Below, in pieces: positions 44,052-53,641 of a DNA stretch of 60,062 nucleotides. The stretch is from a virus (lineage: Duplodnaviria; Caudoviricetes). Numbering within the stretch: position 1 is the first letter of the stretch; every line of letters begins with the position of its first letter. The notes below the pieces were generated by a model, which was given only the letters and a program-made list of their open reading frames with translations, did no database searches and was not told where the DNA came from. The stretch covers positions 1-60,062 of the IMG/VR virus record IMGVR_UViG_3300034420_000030, one strand, 5' to 3'. The position numbers were made by a program, and so were the translations under genes.

Positions 44052-44198
44052 ATGGCGAATATCACCCTGCCTCAGCCGAATATCCCCATCGGCAAGGCAA
44101 CCTGTCCGAATTGCAAAGCCGAGATCGAAGTCAAACTTGAGCCGACTTGGTATCAGCAGCTTCTCAAGCTCTTGAAGCTTGTGAACGATAACCTTTAG
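44052..44198 (+). CDS. 48-aa protein at tail-needle position (not in ORF track)
   Basis: MANITLPQPNIPIG..CPNC...PTWYQQLLKL. Confidence 0.6.
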   Translation: MANITLPQPNIPIGKATCPNCKAEIEVKLEPTWYQQLLKLLKLVNDNL

Positions 44199-44210
44199 AG
44201 GATCACGCCG

Positions 44211-45011
44211 GTGGGATTTTTCGGAAGCTTCTTTGGATCGGACCAGAAAAAAGACCTAAAGAAGGGAAAGAAGGCGTCAGACGCAGCCCTAAAATCTGGT
44301 TACGAGGAAGGCAATCAGTACTTTGGTCAGGCTGCTGATCTCTATAATCCTTACGTCAGCCAGGGAACGCAGGCCAACACGCTCTATGGGCAGGCGCTTG
44401 GCCTTGGGACGCCGGAAGAGCAGACCGCAGCCTCGCAGCGTTATTTCCAAGATCCGGCGATGCAAGCCGTGCTTGGCCAGCAAAGCAACGCCTTGCTGAG
44501 GAAATTCAACGCGGGCGGCTCTGGGACAGGCGGCGGCAGGCTTGGCTTGGCTGGCGCTCGCGTTGGCATTGAGCAATACGGCAACTGGCTCAACCGTTTG
44601 CAGGGGCAGGGGACGCAAGGATTGCAGGCGACAGGCGCGCAAGCCGGCGTGCGGCAGGATCAGGGAAATCTCAGGTACGGCTACGGCGCAAGCCTTGCGG
44701 GCCAGGAAACCAATTTCGCGAACGCGATGGCGGCCAACCGCTCAACTGGAATTAACAATCTACTCAACACAATTGGAACGGTGGGCAAGGCGGCAGGTGG
44801 TTTGGCGATGCTCTCTGATATCAGGTTGAAGCGCGATATTGAGCGCGTCGGAGAATTGCCGTCCGGCCTGCCGGTTTATGACTTCGCCTTCGTTTGGGGA
44901 CCGGAGCGTTATCGCGGCGTCATGGCACAGGATGCGCAAGTGCTGTTCCCCGATGCTGTCTCCAGGCACCCATCTGGCTATCTCCAGGTCGATTACAGCA
45001 GGATCTCCTAA
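44211..45011 (+). CDS. DNA ejection protein (gp7-like) with C-terminal S74-type domain
   Basis: G/Q/A-rich; SDIRLKRDI...G..VY.F...GVMAQ...P.AV...GYL.VDY. Confidence 0.8.
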   Translation: MGFFGSFFGSDQKKDLKKGKKASDAALKSGYEEGNQYFGQAADLYNPYVSQGTQANTLYGQALGLGTPEEQTAASQRYFQDPAMQAVLGQQSNALLRKFNAGGSGTGGGRLGLAGARVGIEQYGNWLNRLQGQGTQGLQATGAQAGVRQDQGNLRYGYGASLAGQETNFANAMAANRSTGINNLLNTIGTVGKAAGGLAMLSDIRLKRDIERVGELPSGLPVYDFAFVWGPERYRGVMAQDAQVLFPDAVSRHPSGYLQVDYSRIS

Positions 45012-46795
45012 TGGTATCCTATTACGTCCCGTTGCCGGCATTCAGAACGCCTCCGCCGCTTGACTTCAGCGGCATCAACGAGGGCCTGGACTCTCTGACC
45101 AAATCGCTGAAGGAGCGAGAAGAGAAGAACCGTCTTCTCGAAGTCGGCAAGGCGCTCAGCCCCTACGATACGTCTGAGCCGTCGCCATCAACCGACAACC
45201 GCTTACTTTCTAACGCCCCGCCACAGACGCAACCGGCTTCGCCTTCTTCGCCGGCTCGTGGTGCTGCGGCGGCTGCCGGGCGCGATTATCCCACCCCGAG
45301 ATCGTCGCCCGGCGGTAACAACATGGCCTCATACGCCAACGCCATTTCTAACAATGAAAGTGGCGGTAATTATGGCGAATTGGGACCAGTCACCCGAACA
45401 GGTGATCGAGCCTATGGAAAATATCAGGTGATGGGCGCCAATGTTGGACCATGGACGCGGGAAGTGCTCGGCCGCGAGATGACTCCACAGGAGTTTGTCG
45501 CCAATCCGCAGGCGCAAGACGCAGTGTTCAACGCCAAGTTTGGCCAATACACGCAGAAATACGGGCCAGAAGGCGCGGCGCGGGCTTGGTTTGCCGGCGA
45601 AGGCGGCATGAACGACCCCAATCGCCGCGATCAACTTGGAACGACCGTATCGGCTTACGCCAACAAATTCAACACCGGATTACGGGGAACGCCAGCGCAA
45701 GCGGCACCCAACGCGCTCTTGCAGCCAGCGGGCGCAAGCCAGTCCGGACAGCCCAATTACGCCGCAGCCGCTGCTGTCGCCTTCCGCCAGGGCAATGTCG
45801 CGCTCGGAACGCAGCTTCTGGCGCAAGCCAGGCAAACCGAAGCCGACAGCAGAGAAAAGCAGCTCTTCCCCTATCAGCTCCAGCAGGCACAGGCAACCGG
45901 CGTCAAGACACAAGCCGAGCTTGAAAATCTCGCCGCACTGCAAATGGGCAAAATCGCCAACACCATTCAGAATGCCCCAGCCGAAGCGCGGGGAGCCATG
46001 TGGCAGCGCGTCTTGCAATCACATCCGGAAATGGCAAATAACCTTTCCGCCCATGGTGTCGATCCCAATGATATTGCGGCCGGAACCGGCTTCTTCATCA
46101 ATATGGCGCGCGGCATCCAGCCTCCAGCACTTACGGAGGTCTCGCCTGGTGCTACATTGGTCGATAAGAATGATCCAACCAGGGCTGTTTTCACTGCGCC
46201 GCGTCCGGCTCAGAACTTGAGTGTTGCCGAGCGTAAGGAAGTGTTCGACAGTGACGCCGCCGCGCAAGCGGGAGAAGGCGCTATCATGACTTTGCGCAAG
46301 GCGCTGGAGCTAAACGACAAAGCCTATTCAGGACTTGTGGCCGGGACAAGAGGCTATTTGACCAGCCTTTACGGCGCTGAGGGCGGCCAGGCGACCGAGG
46401 AACTCAACAATCTAGTGACGGCGCAAGCGCTCGATCAACTCAAGGCGACCTTTGGCGCGGCACCGACCGAAGGCGAGCGCAAGATCCTCTTGGATATCCA
46501 GGGTTCGACGAGCCAGGCATCGAAAGTACGCAAGAAGATCTGGGAGCGCGCGATCGAAATGGCACAGCGCCGCGTCAACTTCAATAAGGCGCAAAGCGAA
46601 GCTATTCGTTCAGGCCAGTATTTCAAGTCTGGCTATTCGCCGGTTGGAGCGGGACCTGCGGGGCAACCGGCGCAAACATCGCCTGCAACAACGCTAGCTC
46701 CCACGGCTAGCCCGCAACCTGGTCAGGTCGAAGATGGCTACCGCTTCAAAGGCGGCGATCCGTCTGACCCGAATGCATGGGAGAAAGTACAGTAA
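45011..46795 (+). CDS. Ejection protein with lysozyme-like/transglycosylase domain
   Basis: AI...ESGGNY...AYGKYQVM...F..NP.AQD...AWFAG. Confidence 0.8.
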   Translation: MVSYYVPLPAFRTPPPLDFSGINEGLDSLTKSLKEREEKNRLLEVGKALSPYDTSEPSPSTDNRLLSNAPPQTQPASPSSPARGAAAAAGRDYPTPRSSPGGNNMASYANAISNNESGGNYGELGPVTRTGDRAYGKYQVMGANVGPWTREVLGREMTPQEFVANPQAQDAVFNAKFGQYTQKYGPEGAARAWFAGEGGMNDPNRRDQLGTTVSAYANKFNTGLRGTPAQAAPNALLQPAGASQSGQPNYAAAAAVAFRQGNVALGTQLLAQARQTEADSREKQLFPYQLQQAQATGVKTQAELENLAALQMGKIANTIQNAPAEARGAMWQRVLQSHPEMANNLSAHGVDPNDIAAGTGFFINMARGIQPPALTEVSPGATLVDKNDPTRAVFTAPRPAQNLSVAERKEVFDSDAAAQAGEGAIMTLRKALELNDKAYSGLVAGTRGYLTSLYGAEGGQATEELNNLVTAQALDQLKATFGAAPTEGERKILLDIQGSTSQASKVRKKIWERAIEMAQRRVNFNKAQSEAIRSGQYFKSGYSPVGAGPAGQPAQTSPATTLAPTASPQPGQVEDGYRFKGGDPSDPNAWEKVQ

Positions 46796-49017
46796 TGCCG
46801 GGTCCGTGGGACAAGTATGCTTCGCCTGCCGCCGAAGGGCCTTGGGCAAAATACGCACAACCGTCTGAAGCAGCGCCGGCAAAGCCTGAAGGCTGGTATG
46901 ATTATATCGAAGGCTTGGCTGAAAAAGCTGCACAAGGCGCAACGGCAAACTTCGCCGAGGAGATCGCGGCCGGTGCCGGATCACTTGGTAACAAAGCTAT
47001 GCGCGCTGTCGGCGTTGATGTTCCGGAAAAGTCCTATGGGCAGATCCTAGATGAAATCCGGGGCCGTCAGCAAGAATTTGAGACGCGTCATCCCTATCAG
47101 GCGATGGCGGCCGAAATCGCCGGCGGCGTCGCACCGTTTGCCGCTGCAGGGCCCGCCGCTCTAACATCCGCACCGACATGGACGGGGCGCGTAGCCAATA
47201 GCATGAAGGTTGGCGGCACATATGGCGGCTTGTCTGGCTTTGGCGCTAGCGAGGGTGGCGCGGAAAATCGATTACTCGGAGGAGCCAAAGGGGCGGCCGT
47301 TGGCGCCGTCACCACGCCATTGATTGCCGATGTGGCTTTGCCGGCTGTTTCCCGCCTTGCCACAACCGTGCCGCAAGCGGTGAAATACGCTGAGCGGTCG
47401 CTACTGGCGGCGCGCGATCCTGAGACTGCAGCTTATCGCAATATTGCCGACAAGGCCGTGACTTCCGGGCTTGATTTCAACAAGATGCGCGCCGCGATTT
47501 CTCCGTCTGGCAGCGCCCAATTGTCAGCGCGCGGTTTTACTGATGATGATATCGCCAATATCATCTCACGCCAAATGCAAGGCGAAACGGCGGCGGCTGT
47601 CGCCAAGGATCTAACGGCCCAAGGAAAGAACATTACCACATCAACGGCGCAATCCTATCTGAAGAAGTACCTTGACGCCAATCCGACGCCGCTCAATGTG
47701 CTGGATGTGGCACGGGAGACCGCAGGCGAAGGCGGCGCTGCCCCGCTCTCGCGCTATGGCCGCGCGGCGGAGACGATCGGCGGGGCAGATGACAGCACCT
47801 CCAGACAGGCGCTGATCGGGCGCCAGGAGTTGCAGCCAGGCCGCGTTTCCAGCATTATCGAGAAACGCATGGGGGCAGGTGACTTTGAGGCTCAGAAAGC
47901 CGCTAACGCCAAGCAATTGGCCACGGAAAGCCAAAAGGCTTACAAGGCGTTTTATAGCGAGCCGGAACTGGCAACCAATCAGCTCGACGATCTTTTGGAA
48001 GAGCCGTTATTCCGCCGGGCCGTCGAAAACGCGCAGCGCCAAGAGCGCATCGATATCATAGCCGAAAACCAAAAGCTGCTGAAAGCCGGCAAGCCAACGC
48101 TGCCGGTTCCCAACATCAAGGAAGACACGGAGGTGTTTTCGCCTCAGCTTCTTGATCTGGTCCAGCGCGATCTTCGCTTGACGGCTCAGGGCTTTTCTAA
48201 TCCCAATGAAGCCAATTACGCCAGGAATTTGCGCGAGGTTTTTCTTGATCGCATCGAGCAGCATTATCCTAGCTTCAAGGGCATTCGCCAGAACTATGCC
48301 AGCGGTAAACTTGAGCAGGATGCCTTCGATTATGGCGTTAAGCTGAGTTCGCAGCTTGGCGCCAACACGCGGCAAACCTTGGCGCTCTATGACGATATGA
48401 CGCCGGCACAACAAGCCATCGTGCGTCAATCCTATGGCGCATCCTTGCGGGACAAAGCTGCCAATACCGTCCAGGGCGCACAGGCCGCCAATCGTTTTAC
48501 ATCGGACGCCTTCAAGCAAATCATCGAAAAGCTCTATCCGAAATCGAATAAGAAGCTCCATGCCGAAGGCCAGGCCTTGCTGAAAGAGCTTCGTACTGAA
48601 GCCATCACCACGCGGACCAAGAATTTCCAGCTCTCAGGCTCGATCACGGCGGAGAAGCTGCATGACCAGGAACTGGCCGGAACCGCAGCAGAGGCCGCGG
48701 CAAATGCCGTAAGAGGCAATTGGCTTGGCGTTCTGAGCACGCTCGGTAAGCGCTTGTCTCAACAGATCGGCTCCGAAGGCGCCAAGCAAAGCTTGAAGAT
48801 CCTCACCGAGACCGATCCGGCAAAACTGCTACCGATCCTGACGCGGCTAGCCAAGGAAGCCAAGACATCAGGCGAGCGTCAGGCTTATGTGGCCTCGATC
48901 CGGCAGTTGCGAGCGGGGACGTTCGCAGGAGCTACGCCGGCCATTGGCGCGCAAGCCGGGCAGTCTCAAGCCAATACGCAGCCACGCAATCGGCTGTTAG
49001 ATGCGACATCGCCTTAG
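46795..49017 (+). CDS. Large DNA ejection protein
   Basis: GPWDKY repeats; Ala/Gly-rich membrane-active N-terminus. Confidence 0.8.
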   Translation: MPGPWDKYASPAAEGPWAKYAQPSEAAPAKPEGWYDYIEGLAEKAAQGATANFAEEIAAGAGSLGNKAMRAVGVDVPEKSYGQILDEIRGRQQEFETRHPYQAMAAEIAGGVAPFAAAGPAALTSAPTWTGRVANSMKVGGTYGGLSGFGASEGGAENRLLGGAKGAAVGAVTTPLIADVALPAVSRLATTVPQAVKYAERSLLAARDPETAAYRNIADKAVTSGLDFNKMRAAISPSGSAQLSARGFTDDDIANIISRQMQGETAAAVAKDLTAQGKNITTSTAQSYLKKYLDANPTPLNVLDVARETAGEGGAAPLSRYGRAAETIGGADDSTSRQALIGRQELQPGRVSSIIEKRMGAGDFEAQKAANAKQLATESQKAYKAFYSEPELATNQLDDLLEEPLFRRAVENAQRQERIDIIAENQKLLKAGKPTLPVPNIKEDTEVFSPQLLDLVQRDLRLTAQGFSNPNEANYARNLREVFLDRIEQHYPSFKGIRQNYASGKLEQDAFDYGVKLSSQLGANTRQTLALYDDMTPAQQAIVRQSYGASLRDKAANTVQGAQAANRFTSDAFKQIIEKLYPKSNKKLHAEGQALLKELRTEAITTRTKNFQLSGSITAEKLHDQELAGTAAEAAANAVRGNWLGVLSTLGKRLSQQIGSEGAKQSLKILTETDPAKLLPILTRLAKEAKTSGERQAYVASIRQLRAGTFAGATPAIGAQAGQSQANTQPRNRLLDATSP

Positions 49018-49099
49018 ACGAGCTTTTCCAGAAACAGATGCAGGCCATAAAGCGCGACGCCAAGGCAAAACAGATATAGCGTAGCATTCGCAAGCTCAG

Positions 49100-49348
49100 T
49101 CATTGGCCTTGACCTCGCGCGGCGCCCTTCAATCGGATCTCGCCCCATAAGATCAGGGCGAATAAGGTCAGAAACACGACAAGGCCGATATAGGCAATGG
49201 GTTGCAAGACGCCCGTGAAAGTATGCCCTTCGATCAGAAGGCCGAACAGGCTGACAGACAAAATCAGACAAACATTTGAAGCCCACTCGAACGGGCGCAC
49301 GAGCCAATCAAGTCTGGCTTCTCTTTCTTGGTAGGTAATGGACATCAT
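49100..49348 (-). CDS. Small 2-TM moron protein (followed by a 1-TM peptide at 49014-49103)
   Basis: Antisense island; hydrophobic. Confidence 0.6.
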   Translation of the reverse strand: MMSITYQEREARLDWLVRPFEWASNVCLILSVSLFGLLIEGHTFTGVLQPIAYIGLVVFLTLFALILWGEIRLKGAARGQGQ

Positions 49349-49358
49349 AGGCCCCTAA

Positions 49359-51002
49359 ATGCAAGAATCCGACTATCTAAAATTGCCAACGGCTCAGCGT
49401 AAACAATTGCAGAAGCAATTGCAAGAGCAGGGCTTGTATTTTGGGCCGATCGATGGCTTGAGCGGTGAAGGAATGCGAACGGCTTTCAAGCAGCAGAAGG
49501 ATAAAGCCGCCGCAGAAGCCGAGCGCAAGGAAGCCAGCCGCCTGAAAGAAAAAGAGCTTGAAATCGAGGCCACCAAGGCGACAGGTCAGAAAGCCACGAG
49601 TGAAGCCGAAGCTGAAAGGACACGCCAGGAGACCGAAGCGAGCAAGGCAAAGGAAGCTCGCAGGGCTAAATATAACGAGGACGCCAATTCCGCACTTGGC
49701 ATGACGGCGCAATCGGCCGCAACGCTTGCCGCGCCGGCTTTGGGAACGGCTGGCGGCTTGCGGTTCGGCAAATTCGTCAATGAACGCCAGGATCTTGGCC
49801 AAGAACGCCGCAACGCAACTTTGAGAGGCGCGGCCGAAGATCGCGTCAAAGGTTTGACCACGCGCGAGGGCGCGATCAAGGGAACGTCGCTTGCCGGGGC
49901 CATGCCCTATGAAAACCGCTTGCTACGCGTCGGCTCACGCATGGGTGCGCATCTTGGGCTTGGTGCTCTGTCAGCAGGCAAGGGCGCGGAAGTTCTCAGC
50001 CAATATGATGAAGATCAGCCCTTCTATCCGCGCATGGCGGACCGCGCCGCCGGGCTTGGCTATATCGGCTTTGGCTCCGGTCTCATCAAGCGCGGTATCG
50101 AGCAGGCGGCTCAGCCAGGCGTTTCGCCAGATGCGCAAGCGCTTTCTATTATCAATAGCACCCAGCTTCGCCGCAATGGTTTGCAAGGGCCATCGCGAGA
50201 GCTTACAGCCACGACCATAGAGCCAGACGCCACGGGAGCGCCAAAAGCCCTTCCCGCGCCAGAGGCCAAGGAAACCGCGTCCGTAGCATCCCGTCCAGGC
50301 ACCAAGGCCTATCTGTTGCAGCAAGCAAAGGATCTTGGCATTAAGGGTGCGACGCGGATGGCGAAAGCCGATCTGGCCGATAAGGTCGCCAATAAGTTGC
50401 TTGAGCATGGCGGACGGCGCACCGTAGGGCCGCGCGGCGGTGGCGGAACAGCGGCGGCAATCGGAGCCGCGCTTGGCTATATGGCTTCACCCAGCGATGC
50501 GCAAGCCTCGCCGGATGGCGCCAGCATTACGGGCAACGATCAGGCTTTGACCAACGCCGGCGTGGTTGGCGGGATTGGCTATGGCACCAATCGCCTACTT
50601 CAAGCCATCCCTGGCGCATTGCAAGGCTTTAACGTCGCCATGATCCCGTCCACGGTTGACGCCATGACCGATTACAGCCCGGAAGAACTCAATCAGGGCC
50701 GCAATTGGATGGCGCGCAATCTGCCTTCGGCGCTGCATTTTGGCGGCGTGCGCGAAGCTGCGGAGATGAGCCAAGTCCCATCACAGCGCCCGAATACCAC
50801 CACGGTTGCCAAGACGCCAGCGCCGCCAGCCGATGATTTCGACACGCAAATGGCCGAACTCGAAGCCCTGCTGTCGCAAATGGGCGGCCAAGCCGATCAA
50901 GCTCCGTCTCCCGTTCAAAATGCTGTCGCCAGTCAGTACGCTGCCACGTTGCCCGCGCCTAATCCCGCATTCCCGCCCAATCGCCTCTTGGCGTCCCGGT
51001 AA
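49359..51002 (+). CDS. Virion/ejection protein with PG-binding and Rho-N-like domains
   Basis: LQKQL...G.Y.GPIDG..G...R.A; TK..L...AKDLGIKG..RM.KADL. Confidence 0.75.
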   Translation: MQESDYLKLPTAQRKQLQKQLQEQGLYFGPIDGLSGEGMRTAFKQQKDKAAAEAERKEASRLKEKELEIEATKATGQKATSEAEAERTRQETEASKAKEARRAKYNEDANSALGMTAQSAATLAAPALGTAGGLRFGKFVNERQDLGQERRNATLRGAAEDRVKGLTTREGAIKGTSLAGAMPYENRLLRVGSRMGAHLGLGALSAGKGAEVLSQYDEDQPFYPRMADRAAGLGYIGFGSGLIKRGIEQAAQPGVSPDAQALSIINSTQLRRNGLQGPSRELTATTIEPDATGAPKALPAPEAKETASVASRPGTKAYLLQQAKDLGIKGATRMAKADLADKVANKLLEHGGRRTVGPRGGGGTAAAIGAALGYMASPSDAQASPDGASITGNDQALTNAGVVGGIGYGTNRLLQAIPGALQGFNVAMIPSTVDAMTDYSPEELNQGRNWMARNLPSALHFGGVREAAEMSQVPSQRPNTTTVAKTPAPPADDFDTQMAELEALLSQMGGQADQAPSPVQNAVASQYAATLPAPNPAFPPNRLLASR

Positions 51003-51017
51003 TTTTAAGAGAAAAAA

Positions 51018-52517
51018 ATGGTCGATAGTACGCAAATCCTTGACGCCGGATGGCGCGCGCCTGATCCTAGAGATGGCGGCGTGCTTCCCGATGGTATTCT
51101 TAAATTCTTTGAGGCAACTACATCAACACCGCTCGAAGTTTTTGCCGATGCGGATTTGACCGAAACGCTGGGAACGGAAGTCTCATGTGATGACGCCGGT
51201 TTCCCAGTCACCAGCGGCAATGCCAAAACCTTAATTTATACTGGTGTAGACGCCTATAAAATCCGCCTGACCTCCGTTGATTACGGGGGAACGGTGTTTG
51301 AGTTCGACGAGGTAAAAGGGGCGCTCGATACTTCCAACTTTCTGACCACTGAAGCGGTGGCGTCAGAGCCGATCGTCAACACTTCATCGAACCGCACCAT
51401 AACGCCTGCTGATCAGGGTAAACTGATCAATGTCAACTGCACCGCCAGCACCTTGACGATGACCCTTAACGCCGCATCGGTTCTTGGGGCAGACTTCAAG
51501 GTCGGCATTCGCCATGATGGCACCGCAAATCAGGTTCGTATCACCGGAAACGGCACCGATCAATTCGGCTTGCCGGGGCAGATTACCACGGCGTTCTCTC
51601 TGGTCGCAAGAGGGCAGGTGATCTGGATCGGCACCGATGGATCGAGTTTCAAAGTCAGCAATGAAGTCCCCGCGCTGCTCGGGGCACTCTCCGGTATTAT
51701 TACTTGCGCTGACCGGCTTTCGACGCCGCCCGGCTCGCCAACGGCGGGCGCCCGTTATATCGTCACGGCAGCCCCAACTGGGGCTTGGTCCACCTTCGCC
51801 GAGCACGACATTGCCGAGGCAACTGGCTTTGGGACATGGTTCAAGTTCACGCCGCCAGCCGACAGTGGCTGGCTCTCCTATGTGCAGGACGAAGATCTCT
51901 TCTACGCCTTCTCTGGATCGAACTGGGTCGGCACGACCATCCATATCAATAGTTTGTCCGAAGACACAACGCCTGATAAAGATGCGGACTTTATCGGAAC
52001 ATTCGATGTCAGCGCCGGTCAACCTAAGAAAGTCAAAATCAATACAATTGTCGAGCTTTCGAAACCAGTATTAGAGACGGCGCAACAGACAACCAGTGGA
52101 ACCGCGTTTGACTTTACAGCTATACCGTCATGGGCAAAGCGCATACACGTTCTATTTGATAAAGTTTCTCTTTCTGGTACCGATCATTGGTTGGTACAAA
52201 TTGGCGACAGTGGAGGTATCGAGACATCCGTATATGACTCAATAAGCGGAGATAGAAATGCTGAAACAGCGTCAACTGCTGGCTTTGTCATAAGAAACGT
52301 CGCCTCTACAACATCAATGTCTGGCATTATGACAATAATACTTATTGACCAAAGCAATACTTGGGTTTCAAGCCATAGCGTTAATGAAAATTCAGCTAAT
52401 ATACCACGATTCGGTGGCGGAACAAAAACGCTGTCGGCTCAGCTCGACAGATTGAGAGTGACAGTTACAGGGGCCAATACATTCGATGCAGGCCAAGTCA
52501 ACATCATGTATGACTAG
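51018..52517 (+). CDS. Tail fibre/spike with head-binding-like N-terminus and DUF2793-like domain
   Basis: G.L.F..A.TSTP..V..D; PPGSP.AG.RYIV...PTGAW; AT-rich C-terminal module. Confidence 0.8.
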   Translation: MVDSTQILDAGWRAPDPRDGGVLPDGILKFFEATTSTPLEVFADADLTETLGTEVSCDDAGFPVTSGNAKTLIYTGVDAYKIRLTSVDYGGTVFEFDEVKGALDTSNFLTTEAVASEPIVNTSSNRTITPADQGKLINVNCTASTLTMTLNAASVLGADFKVGIRHDGTANQVRITGNGTDQFGLPGQITTAFSLVARGQVIWIGTDGSSFKVSNEVPALLGALSGIITCADRLSTPPGSPTAGARYIVTAAPTGAWSTFAEHDIAEATGFGTWFKFTPPADSGWLSYVQDEDLFYAFSGSNWVGTTIHINSLSEDTTPDKDADFIGTFDVSAGQPKKVKINTIVELSKPVLETAQQTTSGTAFDFTAIPSWAKRIHVLFDKVSLSGTDHWLVQIGDSGGIETSVYDSISGDRNAETASTAGFVIRNVASTTSMSGIMTIILIDQSNTWVSSHSVNENSANIPRFGGGTKTLSAQLDRLRVTVTGANTFDAGQVNIMYD

Positions 52518-52528
52518 GAGATTTTTAT

Positions 52529-53641
52529 TTGACCACTTTCGCCAATCGCGCCAAGGTCCGCACATCGACCATTGGGACCGGGACTATTACCCTTGGCCAG
52601 TCTGTTACCGGCTTCAATACCTTTGCTGAAGCCGGCATCACGAACGGCGCCAGCGTCTCCTATACCATTGAGGACGGCAACAATTTCGAGGTCGGCGAAG
52701 GTTCCTATTCCTCAGAAGGGCCAACGCTGTTCCGGACAAAGGTTCTATCCGCTAAAGTCCACGGCCAGACGGCCAGCGCCTTGCCGATTAGCCTATCCGG
52801 CAACGCCGTGGTGTTCCTGACCGCGACAGCTGAAGATTTGACATCGATTGCCACGGGCGAGAGCACCGACCTTGCATCTCTAACCGCCACATCTGCCTAT
52901 GTCTTCCATGGATTTGCCGGAAGTCAGGGACTTGGCGATACCAAATTTTATGACATTTCTGGGATCGGCGCCCATGGCGTGTTCGGAGAGGATCTTTCCA
53001 CCGCCAATGCTTGGGCGAATGTTAGCTATGTTTCGACGGTGAACCCAGCTGGCGGAACCGAAGATAGCGTCATCCGCATGCCTGGCCTCAATCTTGACTA
53101 TGCCGGCGGCGAAAAAATGATCCTATGGTGGCTGGGAAAAGTCACGGCAGAAGGTTCGAACGTTTCCTTTGTTGGTGATGGCATAGCTAGCGGATACCCT
53201 GGCGTTCGGGTCAGGGTGCGATCGGATCAGAAATTCGATGTTGTCGTCACCAACGGCTCGCAGCAAGAGTTTTCCATCCCGACTAGCTCCGTTGTAGCTG
53301 ATGGCAGTCTGCATTCCTTCGCCTGGGTGCTCGACGGCTCTACTTTCAAATACAGCATGTGGGTCGATGAGTTGCAAGAGCCTTTACATTTCGATCAATG
53401 GGCTATCATGGGATCTGGCGTGTCCCGCGACACCAGAAATTCCAATACCTTCAACATCGGCTCGGCAGCACCGAAAATCGCGGCCTCAACCGATGGCATC
53501 GCCTCTCAGACACGCGCTTTTGTCCTGTTGCGTCTCGCCAGCGATGTGAACCTGCCGTCGCTGGGCAAATTCACCAAAATATTTGACTATTTGCGCGCTA
53601 CGCCAAATCAGTTTGTCAAAACCGGAGCGCTTGCCCCATGA
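52529..53641 (+). CDS. Fibre with NRAK...T.GTGT.TL anchor and LamG-like domain
   Basis: Recognisable N-terminal anchor; DG..H.F..V.DG motif. Confidence 0.8.
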   Translation: MTTFANRAKVRTSTIGTGTITLGQSVTGFNTFAEAGITNGASVSYTIEDGNNFEVGEGSYSSEGPTLFRTKVLSAKVHGQTASALPISLSGNAVVFLTATAEDLTSIATGESTDLASLTATSAYVFHGFAGSQGLGDTKFYDISGIGAHGVFGEDLSTANAWANVSYVSTVNPAGGTEDSVIRMPGLNLDYAGGEKMILWWLGKVTAEGSNVSFVGDGIASGYPGVRVRVRSDQKFDVVVTNGSQQEFSIPTSSVVADGSLHSFAWVLDGSTFKYSMWVDELQEPLHFDQWAIMGSGVSRDTRNSNTFNIGSAAPKIAASTDGIASQTRAFVLLRLASDVNLPSLGKFTKIFDYLRATPNQFVKTGALAP

